A stretch of 64,000 nt of DNA from Candidatus Eiseniibacteriota bacterium (GTDB lineage: Bacteria; Eisenbacteria; RBG-16-71-46; CAVPCR01), in the NCBI GenBank assembly GCA_963702435.1, contig CAVPCR010000001.1:448001-512000 (forward strand), given 5' to 3'. Both the position numbers and the translations under genes were made by a program. Numbering within the stretch: the stretch's first letter is position 1; each line of letters starts with the position of its first letter. Below, one piece after another: positions 52,695 to 61,796 of this stretch. The notes beneath the pieces were generated by a model. The model was not told the origin of the DNA. It made no database searches and was given only the letters and a program-made list of their open reading frames with translations.

Positions 52695-53296
52695 GGCGCA
52701 TTCTCCTCCCGATGGTCGGAGAGCCACTCGTCGCCGACCAGGGGCGCATCGAGCGCGAAGTGGCCGGCGAGCGTGGGCTCGGGCTTGCCCTCGATCAGGA
52801 TCTCGACCGCGGTGAGCTCGCTGAAATTGAGACGGATCGTGCGCACGAGGGCGGCGATCGTGGCGTACTCGCTCTCCATGTCACCCGGCTGGCCGCTCGC
52901 GATCTCCCGCGAGAGGTCGATCGTGACGAGCCCGCCGCTCGTCGTGAACACGTGGCGGAGCGTCGTGCCCGGCGGAACGGCCGGCGCATGTCCGGCCAGC
53001 GATCCGGCCAGTTCCTCGGCGACGACCGCCCTGACCTGCGCGGCGAGGTTCGCCATGACGGGCACCTCGCGCGCCTCGCTCACGATCTCGCCGCGCGCAT
53101 CGCGGAAGTGGAGGGCGAAGGCGCGCGACGCCGCGCCCGCGCCCTGGCGCTCCGCCGGGTCGGCCGCCTTCCCCCCGCCGAGGCCGCGCAGGCCGGCGAT
53201 GATGAAGGCGAGCGCGAGGACGAAACCGATCCCCGCGACGAGGAAGCGAAGTCCCTTCGTCTGCGGCCGCTGCCGCGGCGTCGCGGGCGCGCTCAT
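52691..53296 (-). CDS. GerMN-domain membrane-anchored protein
   Basis: TM anchor; AVPPGTTL..VTIDLS..E..TIAALVRT..VEILIEG..TLAGH. Confidence 0.85.
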   Translation of the reverse strand: MSAPATPRQRPQTKGLRFLVAGIGFVLALAFIIAGLRGLGGGKAADPAERQGAGAASRAFALHFRDARGEIVSEAREVPVMANLAAQVRAVVAEELAGSLAGHAPAVPPGTTLRHVFTTSGGLVTIDLSREIASGQPGDMESEYATIAALVRTIRLNFSELTAVEILIEGKPEPTLAGHFALDAPLVGDEWLSDHREENAP

Positions 53297-54729
53297 CGGC
53301 CGCCCTCCGCCCCGCGCCGCGCCGCTCGCCCGGTCGGCCCGGCCCCGGGCTCGCCGGCGCCGAGCCAGTACCGGCGGATGCCGGCGGCGATGGCCTGGGC
53401 GTTGCGCTCGAGGAGCTCGCCGCCGGCCAGCGCATCCCCGGAGGCGCCGCGCGGCGGCCCGAGCTCGATCAGCACGGCCGGCATGTTCGCACCCTCGAGC
53501 GGCCACAGCGGACGGCGGGTGAGCGGAGGCGACTCCCCGGAGCCGGCCCTGACCGCCTCCGCAATAATCTGCGCAAGATAGTAAGATTCGACGCCGCGCT
53601 CCGATCCGGCGGTCTCCCAGCGCTTGAAGCTCAGGGTCTCGCGCACGTCGGTCGCGGCGACCGCGCCGGCGACGAAGGGCCGGAGGTCCTCGGACACGAC
53701 CTGGCCGCCGCCCGGCCGGACCGTGAGCCGGAAGCGGCGGGCCTGCGCTCCGCCCCGGAGGTCGGCGTGCAGGCTGACGAAGAGATCGGCGCCGGTCGAG
53801 TTGGCGATCTCGACCCGGCGCGGCACCTGGATCTGCTCGTCCCGCTCGCGCACGAGGACCACCTTGAACCAGCGATCGCGCTCGAGATGGCGGGCGATGC
53901 GGGTGGCGAGCTCGAGCGTGAGGTGTTTCTCGAGGAGACCGCCGGCGGCCCGCGTGCCGCGATCCTCGCCACCGTGGCCCGGATCGAGAACGACCAGCGC
54001 GGGCCGCAGCGCGGAGGCCGGCGGGGGCGTGCCGAGCGAGTCCGCACCCGGCGGCAGGCCGTCCGCCGTCTCCGCCCCCGGCGCCGGCGGGCGCCCGGAC
54101 GCGGCGCCGAGCGCGAACGTGCGGCCGTCGCCGTCCCAGCTCGCGAGCGGCACCGCCCCGGCGACGGTGAGGATGTCGAAGACGGCGACCGGTACCCACA
54201 TCTGCGCGTCCCGGAAACGCGGCGGGGCGGCCAGGCGATACACCTGGCCGTCGAGGAGCACGAACGGGTTGTCCGCGCTCAGGGTGAGGCGATGGTCCTC
54301 GATGCGGAGGAGGAGCTTGCGCGTCTCGCTGCGCCAGTAGGACGTCGCGCGCGTGATCTCGATCACATCGCCGGCGGCGAAGCACGGGACATTGCCGTCG
54401 AAGGTGCGGAGCGGAACCTGCCGCTCGCCGCGGCCGTCGGCAAAGGTGACGCGCGCCACCCCGGCCCCGCCGGCGGCGGGCGGAGACGCCGCCCTCGCAT
54501 GCAGGCCGGCAGTCGCCGCGATCACGAGCGCGGCGCCGGCCACCACGAGCCCGCGCACGAGAGGCGAGCGCGAGAGAAGCGCACGCGGGAGATGCCCACG
54601 GGGGAGAGGCGCACGCGGGCCGCGCTCTGGGGCACGGTGATCCATCGCCGGCGGAGCGGCGCCGCGATCCATCGCCGGCGGAGCGGCACCGCGATCCATC
54701 GCCGGCGGAGCGGCACCGCGATCAGTCAC
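53293..54729 (-). CDS. N-acetylmuramoyl-L-alanine amidase (Amidase_3); start uncertain
   Basis: LDPGHGGED, EK, FVSLHAD, MPAVLIELG (Zn and catalytic residues present). Confidence 0.9.
   Translation of the reverse strand: MTDRGAAPPAMDRGAAPPAMDRGAAPPAMDHRAPERGPRAPLPRGHLPRALLSRSPLVRGLVVAGAALVIAATAGLHARAASPPAAGGAGVARVTFADGRGERQVPLRTFDGNVPCFAAGDVIEITRATSYWRSETRKLLLRIEDHRLTLSADNPFVLLDGQVYRLAAPPRFRDAQMWVPVAVFDILTVAGAVPLASWDGDGRTFALGAASGRPPAPGAETADGLPPGADSLGTPPPASALRPALVVLDPGHGGEDRGTRAAGGLLEKHLTLELATRIARHLERDRWFKVVLVRERDEQIQVPRRVEIANSTGADLFVSLHADLRGGAQARRFRLTVRPGGGQVVSEDLRPFVAGAVAATDVRETLSFKRWETAGSERGVESYYLAQIIAEAVRAGSGESPPLTRRPLWPLEGANMPAVLIELGPPRGASGDALAGGELLERNAQAIAAGIRRYWLGAGEPGAGPTGRAARRGAEGGR
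54639..54723. repeat. 27-bp x3 tandem repeat encoding MDRGAAPPA at the amidase 5' end
   Basis: GATCCATCGCCGGCGGAGCGGC(G/A)CCGC x3. Confidence 0.9.
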
Positions 54730-55234
54730 CGGCCGCCCTCCGCCGGTTCCCGCGACCGCGGAGCACGCGATCGACCTCCCGATCGGCGTCCCGCTTGGCC
54801 ACGTCGGCCCGCTTGTCGTAGAGCTTCTTGCCGCGTGCGAGCGCGAGCTCGACCTTGACGTGGCCGTCCTTGAAGTAGAGGCGCGTCGGGATGAGGGTGA
54901 GCCCCTTCTCGACGCTCTTGCTCTTGAGGCGGATGATCTCGCGCTTGTGCATGAGGAGGCGGCGCTTGCGGCGCGGTTCGTGATTGAAACGGTTCCCTTG
55001 CTCGTAGGGAGCGATGTGGCAGTTGTAGAGGAAGACCTCCTCGTTCTCGATGGCGCCGTAAGCATCCTGCAGGTTGGCCGCCTTCTGGCGGAGCGACTTG
55101 ACCTCGGTGCCGACGAGCGCAACGCCGGCCTCGAACCGCTCGAGCAGATGGTAGTCATGCGCCGCTCGGCGATTCGAGCTGATGAGCTTGATCCGCGGTG
55201 GGGCGTTGCTCGCGGGAGCTGCGGTACGGGGCAT
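54722..55234 (-). CDS. smpB: SsrA-binding protein SmpB
   Basis: NRRAAHDY, EAGVALVGTEVKSLR, LLMHKREI, GKKLYDKR. Confidence 0.97.
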   Translation of the reverse strand: MPRTAAPASNAPPRIKLISSNRRAAHDYHLLERFEAGVALVGTEVKSLRQKAANLQDAYGAIENEEVFLYNCHIAPYEQGNRFNHEPRRKRRLLMHKREIIRLKSKSVEKGLTLIPTRLYFKDGHVKVELALARGKKLYDKRADVAKRDADREVDRVLRGRGNRRRAAGD

Positions 55235-55971
55235 GGCGGTTTCTGTTTCCTGGCCAGCGCTGCGCGACCTCGCGCGAGCGCCCCGGCCCTCGCGAGCCGT
55301 GTGCAAGGGGAAGGATGACTCCGGGAAAACTAGCACCGGCCCCGAGGAGCGACAAGAGGCTTGGGATGCGCGCAGGGCGCGTGGAGGACGCGGGCGCGTG
55401 GGGCGCAACCCCCGAGACCCTCCGGATGCTCCTCGCCGCCGCCCGCGCCCGGCAGTCTGGCCGTCGAGGAGTTCGACCCGGTCACAGCGCGCCCGACGGC
55501 TGCTCAGCTTCACGATCTGGTGTTGATCTTCTGGCCGATGACCTCCTGACCGAAGGCGCCGGTGACGGCCTGGAGTCAGAGCGTTTCCGCGGCGACTGCC
55601 TGCCGGCATCAGCGTGCGTGTGCCTGCGGTCGAGTCGGCTCTGCGCGCCTGTGAACGAGCATCCCGGCAATCTGCTCCAGGTCGACGCGATCCGCCGCGG
55701 GATGAAGCCGGCCGATGCCCGACGCTTCCTCCACTGGTAACGAAGTTGTCGAAAGTGAAAACGGCGAGCGCACTCCGGCAAGATGGATGGGGACGCATGC
55801 GTCGATGATGCTCGAGAATCGACTCTCAGCACACGAGAGGTCCTCCCCCGCACAGCGGCACGATTCGTGCAGTGTGTTCTAGCCCCGGCGTTGGAGCGAC
55901 GTTACTTGACTCGAGAGGCAGTGGTCGTCCTGCTGGGCATCGGGGAAGAGCTGCGCCCGGGGCGGGGCGAG

Positions 55972-56273
55972 TTCACAAGACCCGACAGCGTTTGCTGCGG
56001 GGGCGAGGTGCCCAGGCGAGGCGATCGCGTTCAGCGCTTGGACGAACCCGGCTGGCCGAAAAGTTCACATGACCCGACAGCGTTTGCTCCGGTGGACGAG
56101 GTGGCCAGGTGGGGCGATCCCCGTCCAGCGCTGGCGCCGGAGATCGCGGCCGTAGATCTGCGCCGCGGCCTCCGCCGTCACAGGAGATCCGGCCGACGGA
56201 ACAGTTTTCACATGACCCGACAGCGTTTGCTGCGGTGGACGAGGTGGCCAGGTGGGGCGATCGCGTCCAGCGC
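55972..56273. repeat. Three dispersed direct repeats of about 67 bp (55972-56037, 56064-56131, 56207-56273)
   Basis: Consensus TTCACATGACCCGACAGCGTTTGCTGCGGTGGACGAGGTGGCCAGGTGGGGCGATCGCGTCCAGCGC; spacers 26 and 75 nt. Confidence 0.9.
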
Positions 56274-56439
56274 AGAGGGATCCCGGCCACGCGGGGACGT
56301 CCGCGTCCGGCGCTGAGGAGCGCGAACCCCCGCCGCCAGAACTCCGTCCCCGTGCGAGTGGGAGCGAGGGCGAGGCAGCGCCCTCGAGGATCGCCTCCTT
56401 ATGCTTCGGACTCGCCCAGAGCGGCTCCAATACGCGCTC

Positions 56440-56468
56440 TTTACAGCGGGCGGAAGCGATCCTATACT
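56440..56468 (+). promoter_or_regulatory. Promoter TTTACA-N17-TATACT for tRNA-Leu
   Basis: About 15 nt upstream of the tRNA. Confidence 0.75.
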
Positions 56469-56483
56469 TCCCCTTCCGTCGGT

Positions 56484-56570
56484 GCGGAAGTGGCGGAATT
56501 GGTAGACGCGCTAGGTTCAGGGTCTAGTGGGCGCAAGCTCGTGGGGGTTCAAGTCCCCCCTTCCGCACCA
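56484..56570 (+). tRNA. tRNA-Leu(CAG)
   Basis: Anticodon arm CTAGG-TT-CAG-GG-TCTAG; long variable arm; CCA end. Confidence 0.97.
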
Positions 56571-56638
56571 AAACACTCCACGGTCCGTCTCCCACCCCGC
56601 CAGCTTCGTGTTCACGGACCCGCTCCACCCTCCGCAGC

Positions 56639-57199
56639 ATGAGCGATCGACCCGCTGGCCCGGTGCCCGGGCCGCCCACCCCCCTTCGCATCCGCGCGAT
56701 CACGCCTGCAGACCGCGCCTGGATCGCGTCCCTGCTCGTCGCCCACTGGGGTTCCACGGTGATGGTCACGCGCGGGCGCCGGCACGAAGCGGGCGATCTC
56801 GCCGGCTTCGTGGCGGAGGTGGACGGTGAGCGCCGCGGGGTCCTCCTCCATGCGCTCGCGCAGCCGAGCGATCCGGCCGCAGTCCGTGGACAGCCACCGC
56901 CGGCCGACGAGCTCGAGGTCGTGCTGCTCGAGTCTCTCGTCGAGCGGCGCGGCACCGGGAGCGCTCTCCTCGCCGCCGCCGAGGAGCTGGCCCGCGCCCA
57001 CGGCGCGCGGCGGATCTGGCTCGTCACCACCAACGACAACCAGCCGGCGATCGACTTCTACACGCGCCGGGGCTACCGGCTCGTGGCCATCCACGCGGGA
57101 GCGGTCACCGCCGCGCGCCGCCTGAAGCCCGAGATCCCGGCGCGCGGCCTGGGTGACGTGCCGATCACCGACGAGATCGAGCTCGAGCGGCGGCTGTAG
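56639..57199 (+). CDS. GNAT-family N-acetyltransferase
   Basis: RRGTGSALL acetyl-CoA motif; LVTTNDNQPAIDFYTRRGY. Confidence 0.9.
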   Translation: MSDRPAGPVPGPPTPLRIRAITPADRAWIASLLVAHWGSTVMVTRGRRHEAGDLAGFVAEVDGERRGVLLHALAQPSDPAAVRGQPPPADELEVVLLESLVERRGTGSALLAAAEELARAHGARRIWLVTTNDNQPAIDFYTRRGYRLVAIHAGAVTAARRLKPEIPARGLGDVPITDEIELERRL

Positions 57200-57337
57200 C
57201 GGGCGCCTGAGAGCAGCGCGGATGCGCACGCACGCACTCGCGGCACCTGCTCTCGCAAGCGCCGGCGGCGGGTGGGCGCGGCCGGTCATGGAGGGAGAAC
57301 CGGCCTGCCCGCCCGCCGCCAGCCCGAGCTCACGCGA

Positions 57338-58027
57338 TCACTCGCGCTCGAGGCGGTGACGTACCTTGATCTCGCCCCACGTCGCGTCCTCGACCGCGGT
57401 CGTGCAGTGATTCGATCCGGCCGGCGTCGGAGCGCAGCCGTTCCCCTGCGGCACGGCGCCGCCCGAGTACGGGTTCAGCGCATCGAACAGCTCCCAGATC
57501 GGACCGCCGTCCGGGCGACGCCCGGACGAGCGATCATCGTCCGCCTCGTGGTCCGCATACGTGTGCTGATCCACGAGCACGGTGTCGGTGGCGGTCACCT
57601 GCCAGAGGACGACCGTGTCACCGGAGTTGGCCAGCCGGAGACCGAAGGCGCCGACCCCGTTCGCCTGCTGCCACGTCTTCGAGGTGCTGCCGTAGACGAC
57701 GATCCGCCCTTCGACCGCCAGCGTCCCGGTGAAGCCGTACGCCCACGCGCGATCGAGATCCCCGATGCGGAGCCCCGTCAGGTCGACGGGCGCCGCGCCG
57801 GTGTTCACGATCTCCACCCACTCGTCGTCCACGGCGTCGATGAGCGCATCCCCGTTCCAGTCACGGGCCGGATCGGCGAGCATCTCGTTCAGGGCGACGG
57901 TGGGCGTGGCTGCAGCGGGGCCGACCACGGCGAGCGCAGCGGCCCCGAGCAGCAGCGCGGCGGCGCCGCGCACGAGCCGGCAGCCGGCGAGACCAGGTGC
58001 ACCTGCGTAACGGAACTGAGCGAGCAT
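57338..58027 (-). CDS. Secreted lamin-tail-domain protein with C-terminal TWGxIK tag
   Basis: LNEMLADP..DWNGD..DEWVEIVN..VDLTG, LANSGDTV, SSGRRPDG, TPAGSN; ends TAVEDATWGEIKVRHRLERE. Confidence 0.88.
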   Translation of the reverse strand: MLAQFRYAGAPGLAGCRLVRGAAALLLGAAALAVVGPAAATPTVALNEMLADPARDWNGDALIDAVDDEWVEIVNTGAAPVDLTGLRIGDLDRAWAYGFTGTLAVEGRIVVYGSTSKTWQQANGVGAFGLRLANSGDTVVLWQVTATDTVLVDQHTYADHEADDDRSSGRRPDGGPIWELFDALNPYSGGAVPQGNGCAPTPAGSNHCTTAVEDATWGEIKVRHRLERE

Positions 58028-58123
58028 GAGAGACCCTCCGAGCGCGGAGACAGCATGAAAGCCGGGGAGGTATGGCGCGAGGAGGGCGCCGGGGCGCCGG
58101 GAACTGACGATCGGGCGCCGCGC

Positions 58124-59092
58124 TCAGGCGGCGACTGTCTTCGCGGCCGCGACGATGCGAGTTCCGTGCCGGCCGGCGAGGGCGAGCCCCAGCACGCGCG
58201 GCGACGTGATGATGGCCTCGCGCCCGCCGGCGGCCAGGAAATCGACCGCCGCCTCGATCTTCGGGCCCATCGAGCCGGCGGGGAACTCGCCGGCCGCGAG
58301 ATAACGCTTGGCCTCGCCGGCGGGGAGCACGTCGAGGTCCTTCTGGTGAGGGGTCTGGTAGCCGATGGCGACGCGATCGACGCCGGTCACGATGACGAGC
58401 ACGTCGGCGCCGACCGTGCGCGCAAGGACCGCGGCCGAGCGGTCCTTGTCGATGACCGCCTCGACTCCGATGAGCGTGCCGTCGTCCTTCCGGACCACCG
58501 GAATGCCGCCGCCCCCGGCGGCGATGACGACGACGCCGGCCTCGACGAGAGCGCGCACGGTGGCCGACTCGATGATCTCGAGCGGCCGCGGTGACGGCAC
58601 GACCCGCCGGTAGCCGCGGCCCGAATCCTCGATCATCTGCCAGCCGCGGCTCGCGCGCAGGCGATCGGCGGCCTGCCGGCGATAGAACGGCCCGATCGGC
58701 TTGGTCGGCGCCGCGAAGGCGGAGTCCTGCGGGTCAACACGCACCTGGGTGACCACGGTGGCGACCTCCCGTTCCTGGCCGGCGCGCCGGAGCGCATTGC
58801 GGAGCACCTGCTGGATCATGTAACCAATCCCGCCCTGGGAGTCGGCGCCGCAGATATCGAGCGGCATCGGCGCGATCGTGTCGCGCGCCGCCTCGTTGCG
58901 GAGCACGATGTTGCCCACCACCGGCCCGTTCCCGTGGGTCAGGACGAGGCGGGTCGTGGCGTCCAGTTCGGCCACGACCTGCCCCATGGTGGTCTCTGTG
59001 ATGGCGATCTGTTCTTCGATCGTGCCGGCCCCCTCCGGCGGAATGATGGCATTGCCGCCGAGGGCGACCAAAAGGGTGCGGGGTCGGATCAT
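58124..59092 (-). CDS. arcC: Carbamate kinase
   Basis: ALGGNA, THGNGPVVG, PTKPIGPFY, RRVVPSP, EAVIDKD, GSMGPK. Confidence 0.95.
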   Translation of the reverse strand: MIRPRTLLVALGGNAIIPPEGAGTIEEQIAITETTMGQVVAELDATTRLVLTHGNGPVVGNIVLRNEAARDTIAPMPLDICGADSQGGIGYMIQQVLRNALRRAGQEREVATVVTQVRVDPQDSAFAAPTKPIGPFYRRQAADRLRASRGWQMIEDSGRGYRRVVPSPRPLEIIESATVRALVEAGVVVIAAGGGGIPVVRKDDGTLIGVEAVIDKDRSAAVLARTVGADVLVIVTGVDRVAIGYQTPHQKDLDVLPAGEAKRYLAAGEFPAGSMGPKIEAAVDFLAAGGREAIITSPRVLGLALAGRHGTRIVAAAKTVAA

Positions 59093-59254
59093 GGGGTCCC
59101 AACGTGACGGGGATGATCGCCGGTGCGGTTCGCGCGGAACCGCACCGGCGAGGTGCACTCTCTGCGATCGATTCGTCTGCTTCCGGCGCGGTTCGCGACC
59201 GCCGCCGGCGCGGGCGCTGAGGGGCGGTCCTCGTCGCCGCCGCCCCGGGGGCGC

Positions 59255-60424
59255 TTATGCCCGGATGGCTCCCATCACCTCGCCCGCCTTCTCGAGCGCC
59301 AGCTGGATGTTCTCGATCGAGTTCGCGTACGAGAACCGCAGGTACCCCTGCCCGGCCGGCCCGAACGCCGTTCCAGGGAGCGTCGCCACGCCTGCTTCGT
59401 TAAGCAAGAGATCGGCCAGCTCCTGCGAGGTCTTACCGATCTTCGTGATGTTCGGGAAGACGTAGAAGGCTCCCTGCGGCGTGAGACAGCTCACACCCGG
59501 GATCTCGTTCAATCCCTTGACGATCACGTCGCGGCGGCGGCGGAACTCGGCCTTCATGGCGTGCGCTCCGTCCTGCGGACCGGATAGCGCTTCGACTCCC
59601 GCGCGCTGGGTGAAAGTCGCCGTGCACGAAGTGGCGTTGATCTGCAGCTTGGCGATCTGCGGCGCCAGCCAGTCGGGGAAGATGCCGTAGCCGAGCCGCC
59701 AGCCAGTCATGGCATAGGTCTTCGAGAACCCGTCGAGGATGATCGTGCGATCGAGCATGCCGGGCTCGGCCGCGATCGAATGGTGCTCGGCATCGTAGAG
59801 GATGTCGGAGTAGATCTCGTCCGAGAGGACGATCAGGTCGCGCTGGCGGACGATCTCGGCGATCGCGGCCAGATCGCCCTTCGTGAGGACGCCACCCGTG
59901 GGGTTGTGCGGTGAGTTGAGGATGATGAGGCGGGTCTTGTCGTTGACGAGATCGGCAAGCTCGTTGACATCCAGCCGGAACCCCCGCTCCTCGCGCAGGC
60001 GGATCGGCCGCTTGGCGGCGCCGACGAACGCGATCATGGATTCGTAGATCGGGAAGCCCGGATCGGGATAGATGACCTCGTCCCCGGTGTTGATGAGGGC
60101 GAGGATCGTGAAGTACATGATCGGCTTCGCGCCCGGGGTGACGACCACGCGGGCGGGGTCCACCTTGAGGCCCCGCGTGCGCTCGATCCGCTTGACCACG
60201 GCGTCGCGCAGCTCGGGCAGCCCGGCGGCCGGCCCGTAGTGCGTGTAGCCCTGCTTCAGCGCAGTGATGGCGGCCTCGGTGATGTTCCCCGGGGTGTCGA
60301 AATCCGGCTCTCCGATCTCGAGATGGATGATCTTCCGGCCCTTCGCCTCCAGGGCGCGAGCCTTCGCCAGCACGTCGAACGCCGTCTCCGTGCCCAGGTT
60401 CCGCATGCGGTCGGCAAGTTGCAT
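59255..60424 (-). CDS. PLP-dependent aminotransferase class I/II (aspartate aminotransferase-like)
   Basis: IGEPDF, NSPHNPTG, SDEIY, FSKTYAMTGWRLG. Confidence 0.95.
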   Translation of the reverse strand: MQLADRMRNLGTETAFDVLAKARALEAKGRKIIHLEIGEPDFDTPGNITEAAITALKQGYTHYGPAAGLPELRDAVVKRIERTRGLKVDPARVVVTPGAKPIMYFTILALINTGDEVIYPDPGFPIYESMIAFVGAAKRPIRLREERGFRLDVNELADLVNDKTRLIILNSPHNPTGGVLTKGDLAAIAEIVRQRDLIVLSDEIYSDILYDAEHHSIAAEPGMLDRTIILDGFSKTYAMTGWRLGYGIFPDWLAPQIAKLQINATSCTATFTQRAGVEALSGPQDGAHAMKAEFRRRRDVIVKGLNEIPGVSCLTPQGAFYVFPNITKIGKTSQELADLLLNEAGVATLPGTAFGPAGQGYLRFSYANSIENIQLALEKAGEVMGAIRA

Positions 60425-60437
60425 GCCCAAGCCTCCT

Positions 60438-61796
60438 TCAGGGGTCGTCGCGCGGAGCCATGGCAACGGGGGGCCAGGCCCAATCGAGCCGCGCGGCAAC
60501 CTGGAAATCCGGGACGGCCTCGTGCGACCGTCTCGTCGCGAGCGCCAGTCTGACACGAACTTGCGCCATTTGCCAGTCCATCAGGACGGCCGCGGCCCGG
60601 CCCGGAACGGCGAGCCGCGGGGTGAGTCCATGCTCCGGCATGTGCGGGAGATCCACGGTCGCCCCGGTCTCGGCCACGGGACCGCTCCAGGTGGCGGCAC
60701 CGGCCTCGAGCGAGAGCCGGCGCGAGAGATCGCACCGCCAGCGGCAGCCGAGCCCGAGCCCTCCGCCGGCGGTCCAGTCGACGGTCACGCGCGACAGCGG
60801 TGTCGTGAACCCGAGACGGAGCCGGCTGCGATCGCGCCCGCCGGCGGCCCGGAGCTCGGCATGCAGGAACGCGCGGGAGCGATCGCGAGCGATCGGCAGC
60901 GCGAGATCGAGCCAGGCGCGTTGCGCGGCGGCGGCACTCGCGGGCTGGCCGCCCGCCATGAGCGCCGCGGTGCGCCGCGGATCACCGAGCTCGGCCCGCG
61001 CGCCGACGCTCACCGGAAGGCGATGCACCGCTCCGCGCACGAGGAGATCGAGGTCGAGATCCCCGCGCCCGCGCGCTCCGCTCTGCGGCGCCCCGCGGGC
61101 CGCCCGGAACCTGAGCCCCATCGTCGTCTCGATCCCGGCGGCGGTGCTCGCCACGCGGCCGGCGACGCCGCGTTCCTCGCCGGCCGGCGCGAGCTCGATC
61201 TCGGAGTGGTTTCCGTACGCGCGCCCGCTCAGATAGACGCTCACGAGCGGCCGCCACCCGGCGCCGCCGCCGACGAGAAGTCCCGTTCCCCGGTGCACGA
61301 AGGCGCAGAGCGCGAGCGGCCGGCGCGCGGACTCGGTCGCAGAGCCGGCGCCGCCGCCGATCGCGGCGGGAGGAGCGCGAGTACCTGCGGCCAGTAGCAG
61401 TTTCCCGCGGGGGAAGCGCACGCTGAGGGCCGCCCCCGCGAGCGCGGCGGGTCCGCCTGCCGTGATCGAACGGACGGCTCCCGGTGCCGCGCGCGGCAGC
61501 GCGGTCGCACCTGCTCCCCACTGGATGGCGAGCAGTCCGCCGTGCCACGACTCGACCGCACCGCGGCCGCGCCCGGTGAGCCGCGCGCGGGCAAGGCGCC
61601 CGTTCCGGTGGCGGGCCTCGACCCGGAGGCCATGGCGCGTCCAGGTCGCCTCGCCGCCGGGCGAGCGGCCGCGGGCCCGATCGATCGCCAGGTGCCACGA
61701 TCCGAGGTCGCGCTGCACCGCATCGCCGGCGCGGGCCGGGCCGGAGACCAGCGCGAGGCCGGCGGCGAGCGCGGCGAGCACGAGCTCTTGCTTCAC
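60438..61796 (-). CDS. Hypothetical exported protein, possibly an outer-membrane beta-rich protein
   Basis: GTG start coupled to the upstream stop; signal peptide; alternating beta-strand pattern; very Ala/Gly/Arg-rich. Confidence 0.55.
   Translation of the reverse strand: MKQELVLAALAAGLALVSGPARAGDAVQRDLGSWHLAIDRARGRSPGGEATWTRHGLRVEARHRNGRLARARLTGRGRGAVESWHGGLLAIQWGAGATALPRAAPGAVRSITAGGPAALAGAALSVRFPRGKLLLAAGTRAPPAAIGGGAGSATESARRPLALCAFVHRGTGLLVGGGAGWRPLVSVYLSGRAYGNHSEIELAPAGEERGVAGRVASTAAGIETTMGLRFRAARGAPQSGARGRGDLDLDLLVRGAVHRLPVSVGARAELGDPRRTAALMAGGQPASAAAAQRAWLDLALPIARDRSRAFLHAELRAAGGRDRSRLRLGFTTPLSRVTVDWTAGGGLGLGCRWRCDLSRRLSLEAGAATWSGPVAETGATVDLPHMPEHGLTPRLAVPGRAAAVLMDWQMAQVRVRLALATRRSHEAVPDFQVAARLDWAWPPVAMAPRDDP

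Noticed and set aside
52691..53296. GerMN (and DivIVA) as evidence of sporulation or a monoderm envelope
   Set aside because: Both occur widely in non-sporulating diderms; amidase-GerMN-murI-rph is a common arrangement, and TonB indicates an outer membrane
55972..56273. Possible CRISPR array
   Set aside because: Repeats of about 67 bp, spacers of 26 and 75 nt, only 3 copies, no cas genes; kept as a non-CRISPR repeat
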